Origin: Scyliorhinus canicula
Lineage: Eukaryota
Direction: 5' to 3'
NCBI RefSeq assembly: GCF_902713615.1
Contig: NC_052162.1
Location: 71,621,686-71,685,685 of the forward strand
Length of the DNA: 64,000 nt
Part shown: positions 51,731 to 64,000 of the stretch, piece by piece
Numbering within the stretch: position 1 is the stretch's first letter
How the letters are laid out: the number at the start of each line of letters is the position of its first letter
The notes under the pieces: model-generated
Databases searched by the model: none
What the model was told of the DNA's origin: nothing
The model's input: only the letters and a program-made list of their open reading frames with translations
Made by a program: the position numbers and the translations under genes

Positions 51731-51894
51731 AATCCCCAGGATTTAGATACAGCATAGGAAGACGTTTAATGACCTTACAGAAATATTCAAGGTCAGTGAA
51801 TGCATCTTCACATGTCATATCCTAAGAAAATCAACTTCAGGCAGTACTCAATTTATCACCCACTTTCACTCAACAATAACATGAAAATTAAATG

Positions 51895-52070
51895 AAATGA
51901 AAATTGCTCATTGTCACAAGTAGGCTTCAAATGAAGTTACTGTGAAAAGCCCCTAGTCACCACATCCCAGTGCCTGTTTGGGGAGGCTGGTACGGGAATT
52001 GAACCGTGCTGCTGGCCTGCCTTGGCCTGCTTTCAAAGCCAGGGATTTAGCCCTGTGCTAAACCAGCCCC
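51895..52070 (-). mobile_element. Second-family tRNA SINE
   Basis: Same unit as 19586-19943. Confidence 0.88.
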
Positions 52071-52074
52071 TAAC

Positions 52075-52864
52075 ACCCTCCACCATCCATAACTGACAGA
52101 TAATATTCATAACCTCACTTCAACCTCACACACTTAGCACTACTGCAAGCCTCACACTCGCATCTCTCAATTTAAACACACCACGAGATATTCAAATATG
52201 ACCGGCCCAACACCAAATCACATTGCACCACACTTACTGGCACAGTTCCCTCTCCCTTGCAAGACAAGGTGGCCTACAACTGAGGCAGCAATGCCTGACT
52301 GACAGTGACCAGGCACAGTTGTGTTCTTCGCACTCTACAAGCAACCTGTCCTCCACTGTATTGCCTCTGCTCCATTGTCCTCTCATGTTTGTGGCCCAGG
52401 CGGATAATCACTGCAGCACGCATTACTGGGAGTAAGTGGACGGCCCAGAATCCTTAAAGTCAAATAAGGCATTCAATATGCACTACTCCCTGAAAGTGTT
52501 ATCAACTTTAAGCAACTCTACAGGCCATGCACAAACTCAGAAGGAGCCAGCACAAAATAACCAACAGCCAATGTAATAGTGGCTAATAGTCCTTTAAATA
52601 GCACTGGTGGTGGGTCCTTCCTGTTGCTGAACATGTACTCAGCTGAAGAGGGAGGGTTTGAGCTGGAGTGCAAGGTCAAATCAGCATTACATGTAGTCTA
52701 GATGTGACAATCTGCATACTCTATCTACTTCCAGCACAGACTCTGAATGATAGCGTGACTGATCTTCTGTAAATGGCGTCTAGCATGGGCCCTGCTGGAA
52801 GTCTATTTGCATGGTGGGGACAGCAAATATAGCACTGAAACTAAGGGGAGCCAAATTTCTAGCC
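52075..52864. mobile_element. Old internally deleted Harbinger relic
   Basis: Intron-like sequence then DKVAYN..RQQ, resembling Myb exon 2 (KLAHNRQE); TIR-like end AAATTTCTAGCC. Confidence 0.45.
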
Positions 52865-53216
52865 GACATGCTCGAATAATTTGTGTTAGGTGAAATGATG
52901 GGGACAGCAGTACCGGAGAACATCTGTAGACAATCAATTGATCAAAAATATTATTTCTTTATCTAAAAAAAGCAAGCCTAGATTCGACAAACAAAAAATG
53001 CTGAAGGGAGTGCATTAACAATTTAGTAACTGTCATGTTGATTGTCCATCACTGGAACTCAGAAAAGTACTGCCATAATGCAGAAATATTCACTGATTTC
53101 TTCATCTCTAGTTTGAAGAATTCATCTTCCAGCCCGTAATAGCCTGGAGCATTAGCTGCCGTACTGCGAAAACTACACCTTCTTTTGAGCGCATCCCTGT
53201 TACTGATTGCAGTTAA

Positions 53217-53408
53217 GAGCCGGAATTCTCTGGCCTTGCGATTCACTTTTCCCATCAACAGCGCACCCCTGTCCGCAGGTTTCCCGGTGGTGAGAGATGG
53301 CTTCAATGGGAAATCCCACTGACAAGCAGTGGGAGTATAGAATCCTGTTGCCATTGAACGGCGCACCACCAAGAAACACGAGGGTGGGGGGACCGGAGAT
53401 TCCAGCCC
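53217..53408. mobile_element. Short Harbinger-type MITE
   Basis: Ends GAGCCGGAATTCTCTGG / CCGGAGATTCCAGCCC; CAATGGGAAATCCCACTG core. Confidence 0.72.
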
Positions 53409-53946
53409 CATGAATCAGGGTATGTAGAATGTTGTTCTTATCACTATTTCTGTAATCAAAGATATTTTCAAAAATGTTTTTCAAAAATAATGTCACGAGT
53501 ACAATAAGGCAAATATGAACAGTTGGTTCTGAACATTATTTTAACCATTCCTGCTTGTGTTATACGAGTGAACTGAAATATGCAACATTGGCTTCAAATT
53601 TCAATCAATTTTGGCCTTAAAGAAACAATCAATGGCTTATTTTCCAGTCTTCACACTCAAATCTAATCATAGTTTTTTCAGCACAGTAAAAATGATTTTT
53701 AGAAGTGTGCATGTAGTTTATTTAAGCATTGCATACATATGATTTGTGGCGAAGCATAGCCTCAATACTCCCTATCCATCCAGTCCTATAGCGACCCCTC
53801 CAGCTGTTTATTGCTACGACTCTAACCTTATGTACATCTCCCTCCCCCGCTTCATTATTAGTTGTGGTCTCATCCACCAAGATCCCAAATTCTGGAAAGA
53901 CCTCTCTAATTCCCCATCCTCCTTTAAAACTCTCCTGAAAAACAAG

Positions 53947-54587
53947 GGGCGAAATTCTCCTCAACGTCCGACGCTGTTGTGAAACCCGGAGTGTTTCAAG
54001 ACGCCGTCAGAGGCTGTTCCTCGCCCCCTATTCTCCTCCTCCCCCCCCCCCCCCCCGCCCCCCGGGGGGCTAGGAGCGGCGTTTCGTGAAACTCGGCCGC
54101 CGGACGCTGGCGGCAAGGTGGCGCGCCGATAATGACGTGGCCGGTGACGTCAGCTGCACATGCGCAGGTTTACCACCGCCAACCCGCGCATGCGCGGTTG
54201 CCGCCTTCCCCTCCGCTGCCTCCGTGGCGGCTTGATCTTTCGGGGCGGCAGAGGGGAAAGAGTGCGTCTTTTGGAGACGCTGGCCCGACGATCGGTGGGC
54301 ACTGATCGCGGGCCAGACCCCTCCCTAGCACGGCCGTGGTGCTCGATCCCCTCTCCACCCCCCACAGGCCCCAAACTTACCTTTCGCGCTATGTTCACGC
54401 CGGCAGCGACCAGGTGTGGTTGCCGCCAGCGTGAACAGGTCGGGAACGGCAGGCCGCTCGGCTCATCCGGGCCGGAGAATCGCGTTTTGCGACACGCCAT
54501 TTTGGGGGGTTGGGAGAATCGCGGGGGGTGCCAGAGCGGCCCTCCAGCAATTCTCCCACCTGGCCTGGGCAGCGGAGAATCGCGCCC
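53947..54587. mobile_element. Harbinger-type MITE (CpG-rich)
   Basis: Ends GGGCGAAATTCTCC / GGAGAATCGCGCCC; 3-bp TSD AAG. Confidence 0.92.
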
Positions 54588-57500
54588 AAGCTTTCAGACG
54601 TGACCATATCCTTCTTTGACTCAGTGCCTGCTATAACCCCCACAAGACCCCAAGGGAATGACCCAATTGATTTCCCTGTGTTGAGGGGCGTAGGCCCAAC
54701 AGCGGAGCTCGTTAATTTCCCGAGATAAAAGCCGACCCAGGAAGGAGCCGGCATTTCAGAATGGTTGGGCTAGGACTTGGATTGTTGTTCAGTTGCTATA
54801 TTTTCTAGCTGCAAGTCGGAAATAAACTACTTTTGACTCACTTTTTTGGACTCTTCATTGACTGCAATAATGCCCAATTGTGTTTTGATTGTGTCTCTCT
54901 AAAGTACTTTGGAATATTTTATCTGTCGGATGTTATATAAATGCAAGCTGTTGTTAAGCAGAGGAAGGCATTTGCACTATTTGCTATTTGATTTTCCAAT
55001 GTCATTTTTTAAAAAATCACAAAGGCATATTTTCACATGGTTCCTGCACGGAATAGAGACAACGGTTGAATATTTCTTGATGTGAAAATGATGTAAAGCA
55101 AAATGCATAATTCACTTACAGAGATGATTTTCACACAACTCTTTTCCTTCCATAACCTGACATTGGAGAAAGGCTCATGTTTAAATGTTAAAAGCAGGCT
55201 CTCGTTCATCGTTTCCTTTGTGGGAGGAGAAATAAATAATGTGCTGAAGAAAACAAATGTTCCCTTGGCAACCGCATTGACACCAATGCACAGACAAATA
55301 TTAATCAATGAAACTACACTAGTCCCGACAGTCACCAATGAAATTAAAGCCAGAAATATTTTGGCTGCTTTGCGAAAATTTCAGATGTTCTCTCATTCTA
55401 CTCTCCCCATCACTTTTCCCAACAGAATAACTGCAAATAAGATAAATAACAGTAAATCACTCTACTCCAGAATTGAAACCTAATAACTTTTATTTATTAG
55501 AGTGTTTTTAATAAATGCAGTTAAATTCTCTAAGGTCACACTTCAGCATTGATTGTGTTTAAAGTGCTATTCATAGCTCAGCTAATTTAATGCTGTTGCT
55601 GCTCCAGGTGTCAATGCATTTTGTACATGCAGTGGTATGCCAGCACATTGTTCACTCAGACAGTTAAGTCACATTAGTATGCCGCACACCAGTGTTATTA
55701 TTCGCTTAATCAATAGAGGCACTAAATACCCAATGTCCATTCTATTACTTACACCAAATGATTGTGGTACAAGCAGTAGTAACATGATTGCAGCCTATTT
55801 TCATTGCATGGATAGCAAATTTCAAATTGAAGAATAGTTTTCCTGGCGCTATCTTGACTGCATTAAAGAAAGGCCAACACTCCTCAGGCCCTACACAGTA
55901 TGGATAACTTTATATTGATTGCTGTGCTTTTCCTTTGGAGATGCAGATTAACTAACTGGGGCAGTTTAGCCTCTGTCTGGAATTCAGAGATTTAGGGCAC
56001 TAGAAAGCCACAAATTGGACTACTGTATTCAGGTGTCAATGCAGGTAATTACACACCTCTGCTTATTAGGCTTCAATGTAGGTATCAAATTACTTCACGA
56101 TATTCAAAGTAAATTTCCAGCAGCTCACTGCTATGTTGATCAGGAGGATGCATTTGTTATACTAGCTTCTATATCTGGTCACAGCAGTAATTAGCAAAAA
56201 AAAACGTAGCTTAAACTGTTCACGTTTCCTTTTATATTTCAATATGCAGGTTGAATTGAGGCTTGGCCAAGCAGTGTGCCGAAAGTTACCGACTTGTCAT
56301 TCCAACTGCATTCATTTTAATGGACCATTTTCACCAAGGAGCCAGTGTTTTACAAAAAGAGAGCTCCAAACTGCTGTGACTGAAAATAATGTATGAAGAA
56401 TTCTTAGACAATGGATAATTTTGCTCGGTTAGAATGAATCCTTTGAAAGCAAAATTGTCTCAATTTCCATCTGAATGCTCCGGTTCAAATTTGAATGCTG
56501 ATCATTGAGCCGCAGAAATTCTGTTCAGTTTATCTCTCCAAATGTATAATTAATAGCTGAAGTGGGTTGATAGAGATTAATATCATTTAAACAGGCTTTG
56601 CGGTGCAGATCATTGTTTTTGTCATAATAGCTTTGTAAAATGAATATGGTATCAGAATCAACAGCAATGGAGACAAAAGTTTCATATTGTGAAAGCCACA
56701 AATGAGACAAAATCAGACTTTCTCCCATCACAAACCTTGGACACAAGGGACCATTGATTGTATCTGATATTAACTGTTGTACCATGATGATGTACTTTGC
56801 TAACAATGGCACTGATTCTGAGTTATTTGAAGGCATTCTTCCTGGTTCGATTTCATGATGCTATGAAATGCTTCTTGTTCCTAGCAGGTATAATCGAGCC
56901 TTATGGAAAACAAATTAGCTCACCATAATGGGAACCATAAATAAAGGCAACTAAAGGATAGCAACCCTTCTTTGAATAGACAATGAGAAAATTCACCTTT
57001 TATTTGTATATTATTAGGAATTCACCGTGGCATTGCTGTCTGAGAGTGTAATAAAAATGAATAATGCTGGAAATACTCAGCGGGCTTGGACGTATTTGTT
57101 CAGAGAGAAACAGAGATAATGGCAGCGAATCGCGATTGAACCCAGAGTCCGTTCGAGGCGGGATTAGTGGGTCTGTTCCCGGTGCTTATAGTGTCGGGAA
57201 CAATCCTGCTAACTAACGGCACTCTGTCTTGTTTTCACGCCCAGACAGAGAACGGCCACCACCTGCCGGTACCGAACAGCTCAGACGAACAGAGCTCCTC
57301 AGTGCAGCAAGAGATCAGGACGCTCTTTTTAAATGGCGCCCTGATCTCTCGGCCCCCGACGCAACTCCCGGAACGTCCCAATGCCCCAATTCACCTATAA
57401 GAGGGTCCATGATTCCCCCCCCCCCTGCACTCCACCGCATATCGGCATGGCACCCTCGGGACCGATTCCCAGTAGGGGAACAATGCCAGCTTGGCACCCT

Positions 57501-59106
57501 GGCTGTGCCTTAGCCAGCCTAACTGTGCCACCTGAGCATCCTGACAGTATCAGGGTGGCACTGCCAAGGTGCCAAAGTGCTTGGGACCATTGTCGTTCGC
57601 TTCAAGTCCCATTGGTCATGCGCATGGACCTGACCAACATAAGAAATCCAAACCACACATGTGCGACTCTTTTCCAGCTAGCACATGCACGGGAGGCCCA
57701 AGATTCGTCAGGTTGTGGAGATGCCAACCACATAGCTGAAGACAAAGGTTAGTTTTAGTTTAATCATATGAATTTTGAATCTTTCTGAATCTTCTTTGCA
57801 GCACACTTGGGGTTTCTTCATGGCACACCTATGAGCCATGGCTACACCGTTGGAGGAGACTGGTTCTCTCTGTGCTACGACAATGGCAGGTATTGACTTC
57901 TCACTGGTGGTATAGTTCTTTGCCAATACTTCCTGACCTTTCTGATGAACACTACGTTTAGCCCTGCTCTCACCTCGCAAACCCTGACATTGCTGTTTAC
58001 TCTCAACAATTTCTCTTGTCTTAGGGTATCTCTTGGAACCACGCAGGTGTGGGCGTGGTGCTAAATGGGTGCTTTTTATTTCTGAATATTTATTCATGTG
58101 TCAAGATTGTTAACTATTGTTGTGAATCTACTCTACAGGCTGTTAAGATAGACTGTCTGTTTGCCTGCGTAAACAGCCGATGTCATCATCAATGCTCCAC
58201 GTGATCGGACTTTTAAAGTGACCATGTTCTAACTAGGAACAAACATGAATACACAACAACTCCTTCTAAATTAATCCTACAACTTCCCTCTGTGCCTCTC
58301 TTGGCATTGCCTGAATGGGTCTCTTGAGGCATGTGATGTTGTTCTATTTGTGCAGCAATCCCAATTAACCTCATCCTGCTCATCACACACATTACTTATT
58401 ACTCCCAGTGCTGATTTACTGAACGCTGCCAGTGGATTGGCTACCAATACCCCTCTCTGTATCTCTTCCCACAATACACACGCACTTGGGAACAAAGTTC
58501 TTGCATTTGTGAACTTCTTGTGGATAACCACATCTACTTCAAAGCCTTGATCAGTACTTGACTGACCTTCACTTTAATGAAGCTGCCCCACCTGGCTGTA
58601 CCTAATATGACTTGTTCTTTTCCAAACCACACTGTTGCAGTGGAGCTCTTTTCATGAAATCACAGCATGATCCATCTCTTTACTCCTCTGGCAAATTCTG
58701 TTCTGTTCAACATCCCACATTTTCCATCTGTAACATCTCTCATTTAAAATTCTTCCTCTTTGATGCTCGACCAAGTTTATCATGGAGATATCTTTTCTAC
58801 TTTCTTCCCTAAGACTTGTCACTAAGTAACTTCTCATCTTTGGTGATTTCAACCATCATTCAAGTCATCATGATCTTTCTCCTCTGAGTTTACTGCCCTT
58901 GGGCGAAATTCTCCGCGGACCGACATGACGCCTATTTCCGGCGGGAAAAAGCGGTGTGCATGACTCCGGCGTCCGGGCCTTCTTTTAAGCTGGCAATCTC
59001 CGTTCCCGGAAGGGCCAGCAGCTGACTGACGCGATACGCGTCAGTTTCACCAGCTGCGGAAGTGGTGAGACCCGGCGTTTTTTGGAGGAGGAGGAGAGAG
59101 ACAGAC

Positions 59107-59648
59107 CCGGCATTGGGGGAGGGGGGGGGGTTCCGGCATTGGGGGGGGGGTTCCGGCACGGGGGGGGGGGGTTCCGGCATTGGGGGGGGGTGTTCCGGCA
59201 TTGGGGGGGGTTCCGGCATTGGGGGGGTTCCGGCTCCGGCATTGGGGGGGGTTCCGGCATTGGGGGGGGGGGTTCCGGCATTGGGGGGGGGGGGGGGTTC
59301 CGGCATTGGGGGGGGGTTCCGGCATGGGGGGGGGGTTCCGGCATTAGGGGGGGTTCCGGCATTGGGGGGGGTTCCGGCATTGGGGGGGGGGGGTTCCGGC
59401 ATTGGGGGGGTTCCGGCATTGTGGGGGTGTTCCGGCTCCGGCATTGGGGGGGGGGTTCCGGCATTGGGGGGGGGTTCCGGCATTGGGGGGTGGGTTCCGG
59501 CATTGAGGGGGGGGGGGGTTCCGGCATTGGGGGGGGGGGGTTCCGGCATTGGGGGGGTTCTGGCATTGGGGGGGGTTCCGGCATTGGGGGGGGTTCTGGC
59601 ATTGGGGGGGGTTCCGGCATTGGGGGGGGGTTCCGGCATTGGGGGGGC
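59107..59648 (+). repeat. G-rich minisatellite (TTCCGGCATT G7-14)n
   Basis: Roughly 25-30 units. Confidence 0.97.
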
Positions 59649-59815
59649 GACTGATGCCCGGGGCCAACGCACCATCGCCCCCCCTCTGCACGCAGCTGCC
59701 CCTACCCCAACCCCCTCCCCTCACCACCCCTACCCCCTTCACCCACCCCTACCCCCCTCCAACGCCGCACCCCCCCACCCCCCACCCCCACTAACGCCGC
59801 TCCCCCCCCCACTAA

Positions 59816-60467
59816 CGGAGGAAGGAAGGGGGGGAGGAGGAAGGGGGGGAGGAGGAAGGAAGGGGGAGGAGGAAGGAAGGTGGGAGGAGGAAGGAAGGGG
59901 GGAGGAGGAAGAAAGGGGGGAGGAGGAAGGAAGGGGGGAGGAGGAAGGAGGGGGGAGGAGGAAGGAGGGGGGAGGAGGGAGGAGGGGGGAGGAGGGAGGA
60001 GGGGGAGGAGGAAGGAGGGGGGAGGAGGAAGGAGGGGGGAGGAGGAAGGAGGGGGGAGGAGGAAGGAGGGGGAGGAGGAAGGGGGGGAGGAGGAAGGAAG
60101 GGGGGAGGAGGAAGGAGGGGGGACGGAGGAAGGAAGGGGGGGAGGAGGAAGAAGGGGGGAGGAGGAAGAAGGGGGGAGGAGGAAGGAAGGGGGGAGGAGG
60201 AAGGAAGGGGGAGGAGGAAGGAAGGGGGGAGGAGGAAGGAGAGGGGGGGGAGGAGGAAGGAGAGGGGGGGAGGAGGAAGGAGGGGGGGAGGAGGAAGGAG
60301 GGGGGTAGGAAGGAGGGGGGGAGGAGGAAGGAGGGGGGAGGAGGAAGGGGGGGAGGAGGAAGGAGGGGGGAGGAGGAAGGGGGGGAGGAGGGAGGGCGGG
60401 GAGGAGGAGGGAGGAGGAGGGAGGAGGGGGGAGGAGGAAGGAAGGGGGGGAGGAGGAGAGAGGGGGG
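59816..60467 (+). repeat. Polypurine (GGA/GGAA) tract
   Basis: ~650 bp almost entirely A and G. Confidence 0.97.
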
Positions 60468-60825
60468 TGTGTGGGTACCGGCCTTCAGAGGGAGGGGGAC
60501 GGGGGGTGGGTACCGGCCTTCAGAGGGAGGGGGACGGGGTGTGGGTACCGGCGTTGAGGGGGGGGGGGTTGCGGCGTTGAGGGTGGGGGGTTGCGGCATT
60601 GCGAGAGATGGGGGGCGGCGTTGGAGGGGGGTAGGGGTGGTGGGGAGGGGGGTAGGGGTGGGGAGGGGGGTAGGGGTGGGGAGGGGGGTAGGGGCGTTGG
60701 AGGGAGGGAGGGGTGGTGAGGGGGGTGGTTGGGGTAGGGTGGCAGCGGCGTACAGAGGGGGGGGGCCGACGGTGCGTTGGCCCAGGGCATCCGTAGCCCC
60801 CCCTCCCTGCACGCCGCTGCCCCCA

Positions 60826-61866
60826 AAACCCCCCCCCCCCCCGATGCCGCAACCCCCCCCCCCGATGCCGCCAACCCCCCCCCCCGATGCCCCCCCCGGA
60901 TGCCGCAACCCCCCGGATGCCGCAACCCACCCCCCGGATGCCGCAACCCACCCCACGGATGCCGCAACCCACCCCCCGATGCCGCAACCCACCCCCCGGA
61001 TGCCGCAACCCCCCCCCCGATGCCCCCCCCCCCCCCGATGCCGCAACCCACCCCCCGGATGCCGCAACCCACCGGATGCCGCAACCCACCCCCCGATGCC
61101 GCAACCCACCCCCCGATGCCGCAACCCACCCCCCCGATGCCGCAACCCACCCCCGGATGCCGCAACCCACCCCCCCCGATGCCGCAACCCACCCCCCCGA
61201 TGCCGCAACCCACCCCCCGATGCCGCAACCCACCCTCCCCCCGATGCCACAACCCACCCCCCCCCCCGATGCCGCAACCCCCCCCCCGATGCCCCCCCCG
61301 GATGCCGCAACCCCCCCGATGCCGCAACCCACCCCCCGGATGCCGCAACCCACCCCCCGGATGCCGCAACCCACCCCCCGATGCCGCAACCCACCCCCCG
61401 GATGCCGCAACCCCCCCCCCCCGAATTGCCCCCCCCCCCCCCCCCCCCGATGCCGCAACCCACCCCCCGGATGCCGCAACCCACCGGATGCCGCAACCCA
61501 CCCCCCGATGCCGCAACCCACCCCCCGATGCCGCAACCCACCCCCCGATGCCGCAACCCACCCCCGGATGCCGCAACCCACCCCCCCGATGCCGCAACCC
61601 ACCCCCCCGTGCCGCAACCCCCCCCCCCGATGCCGCAACCCACCCTCCCCCCGATGCCACAAACCCACCCCACCCCCCGATGCCGCAACCCACCCCCCCG
61701 ATGCCGCAACCCACCCCCCTGATGCCGCAACCCCACCCCCCCATGCCGCAACCCCCTCCCCCCCCATGCCGCAACCCCCCCCCATGCCGCAACCCCCCCC
61801 CCCATGCGGCAACCCCCCCCCCGATGCCGCAACCCCCCCCCCCCCGATGCCGCAACCCACCCCCCG
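60826..61866 (+). repeat. C-rich minisatellite (GATGCCGCAACCCA C5-8)n
   Basis: Roughly 50 units; its reverse complement resembles the 59107-59648 unit. Confidence 0.97.
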
Positions 61867-62899
61867 ACACTGAACGGCGTCAACCATCATCAATGGTTGA
61901 CGCCGTTTTAAAGCAACTGTGATTTTCGCGAACGTGACCCGTGGCCACGTCGGCGGGACTTTGGCCCATCCGGGCCAGAGATTTGTGGACACTAAAAAAA
62001 AAATGAAATCCCGCCGGCGCCAGCTGTTTTCAGAGGCTGCCGGCGGGATTTGCACAACGCCGGTTTTTGGCCGGTGGGAAATTTAAAAACCCTGCGGGAG
62101 CGGAAATAACGCCGCTGCCCGCCGATTCTCCGACCCTGCGTGGGGTCGGAGAATCCCGCCCCTTGTTTCCTTCCTAAACCTCCACGTCCATATAAACTCA
62201 CCTATCCATCTCAACTTTGCAATATCACCTGGCTTTGCTATTCCAATCGTGGTAGTCACAGGTAAAGCCCTCTTTGTATCCCTCGCTCAACTCGGATTCC
62301 CCTTCCCAATCCCAAACCCATTTCCTTCTGTGTCGACCTCTAAAAAACTCTCCCTCAAGCCACATATAATTAGAATTTCAAATTCCCAACTGTCCAACCA
62401 TTGGCCTTCCATTCATCATGACGTTTCTGCAGCTATGGATCTGCTCAATCTCATCCTTACTTTCACCTTTGATTCCTTTATTCTCATTAAAACCAGTAGT
62501 TTATTTCTCACCCTGATTATCCTCCATTGTATGGTTTTTATGCCCAATCCCTTAATCCCAAGAGATGCAGACTTGACTCTCTATAGCAGACAGTCGACTT
62601 AAACATTCATTGTTACATCTTGCCGGACTACATGATGCTCTATTGGACCCTGCTCTCCATTTCCAAACTTGTATGCTGTTCAAAGATCATCCAACAGTGC
62701 AAGTATACCTTCGGTTTCACATCTCAACTGCCTCTTCCATTCCACCTCTAATAACAAGTGCAAGAAGCTCAAGAATCACTTCATAAATTGGTTTCAACTT
62801 TAGTCTCTGGGTTTAAGACATCAGATGAACTCCTTCAAAGTATTGTCTTGTACCAGACCCTTGGCTATCTTCTATTTTGTTGTCTTTCATTTATTCATG

Positions 62900-63540
62900 G
62901 AGGTCTCTGTTAAGTCCAGTTATTGACCCTCCATAATTGCACTTGGGAAGACGATGGTGATCTGTCTTCTTAAACCTTTGTAGTCCATATAGTGTAGCTG
63001 TACTCATCGTGTCATTAAGAAAAGAGTTCAGGTTTTTGACCCAGGGTGGCATGTGACTTGGAAGGGAACTTAGAAGTGTTGGTATTCCTAGGTGCACCCT
63101 TGTCCTTCTTGATGGTAGATGCTGTAGATTTGGAAGGTGACATCAAAGGAACTTTGGTAAGTTGTTGCAGTATACCTTGCAGACGGTACACACTATCATG
63201 TCCAGCAGTTGCGGTGGAGGTAGAAAATGGGATGATGTCCCACAGATGATGGGGTGATAATCAACCAGGTGACTTTGACCTGGATGACGGTAAGCTTTTT
63301 GAGTGTTGTTGGAGCAGTGCACACCCAGCAAGTAGGGAGAATTCCGTCGTACTCCTGATTTATGCCTTGTAGATGATGGACAGCCTTTGAAGAGTCAGGA
63401 GATGAGCTCTCACTGTGGAAGTCCCAGTCTCTGAATTGCTCTTGTGGCCGTAATATTTACATGGCTGATCCAGTTAGGTTTTTGGTTACTTGTAAATCCC
63501 GTGTTGATGGTGAGGGATTCAGCAATGGTAATGCTGCCTA
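62900..63540 (-). mobile_element. CR1-clade LINE 3' fragment
   Basis: Tail TTTAAGAAGACAGATCACCATCGTCTTCCCAAG resembles fragments near 14840-14935 and 20460-20530. Confidence 0.6.
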
Positions 63541-64000
63541 AAACCTTACTAATATCTAAAATCTTCAACAGCTTGCCAAAAATCTCTGTTAAACATTTTT
63601 CCTTGGATGCTCATATAGTTAGCAGAAAAAAACCTGCATGAAGTGTAAATTCAGCTTTGCAATGTGTTACTGTTTATATTATTTTAATTAATGGGATAAG
63701 TTCACTTTGGGCACAAGGAAAATGTGATAAAGTTTAACAGACGTACATAATGATTGAAACATACACTGTTAAACCAAGTGAATGGAATTGGTTACGCTGT
63801 ATACTATTGATTATCTTGTCAGTTCCGGCACATACCTTTAGTCACTTGCATGACTATTAATTACATGTTAGGTGGTAGGAATGTAAATGACCTGCAATGC
63901 AAAACTACATCTCAATTTCCACAGAATGGAAGATATAATTCTCTATTAAAGCAAGACAGTTACTTAAATTAATCATGAATTATAAAGTACAAATTCTCCC

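Larger units (their letters stand above)
58901..62161. mobile_element. Harbinger-ended non-autonomous element with foldback architecture
   Basis: TIR GGGCGAAATTCTCCG / CGGAGAATCCCGCCC; TSD CTT (58898-58900, 62162-62164); mirrored internal arrays. Confidence 0.9.
58540..62760 (+). mobile_element. L2-like LINE relic split by the 58901-62161 element
   Basis: Endonuclease-like LLIFGDFN at ~58830; pyrimidine-rich LINE sequence resumes after 62164. Confidence 0.55.

Noticed and set aside
57708-58097. 129-aa minus-strand ORF
   Set aside because: No recognisable domain and no clear splice donor; cannot be supported as coding.
59107-61866. CRISPR-like regular repeats
   Set aside because: The intervening sequences are homopolymer runs rather than unique spacers, there are no cas genes, and the context is vertebrate.
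58932-62055. Long Pro/Gly-rich ORFs (up to 886 aa)
   Set aside because: Open in many frames on both strands because the G/C minisatellites lack stop codons; variable homopolymer lengths do not preserve a frame.

Overview
Repeat-dense, apparently intronic or intergenic vertebrate DNA. The SINE/LINE complement (HE1-type V-SINEs with CR1/HER1-like tails, DeuSINE-like elements, CR1, L2, Rex1-like LINEs) points to a cartilaginous fish, probably a shark (inference). I could not identify an intact host protein-coding gene; there is only a weak candidate for the last two exons of a minus-strand gene at 41380-40110. Main contents: a decayed two-LTR Ty3/Gypsy element (1-3810) with no tRNA primer-binding site but a 13-bp segment complementary to its own LTR poly(A)-signal region; a related solo LTR inside a CR1; several PIF/Harbinger relics (HARBI1-like transposase and intron-containing Myb/SANT partner gene); and more than ten Harbinger-type MITEs, several carrying CRE/NRF1-like palindromes. 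The most unusual structure is a 3.26-kb Harbinger-ended element (58901-62161) with foldback architecture: mirrored G-rich and C-rich minisatellite arms around a polypurine core. There is also a locally templated insertion into a LINE. All family assignments rest on motif recognition by eye; no searches were run, and boundaries of old elements are approximate.
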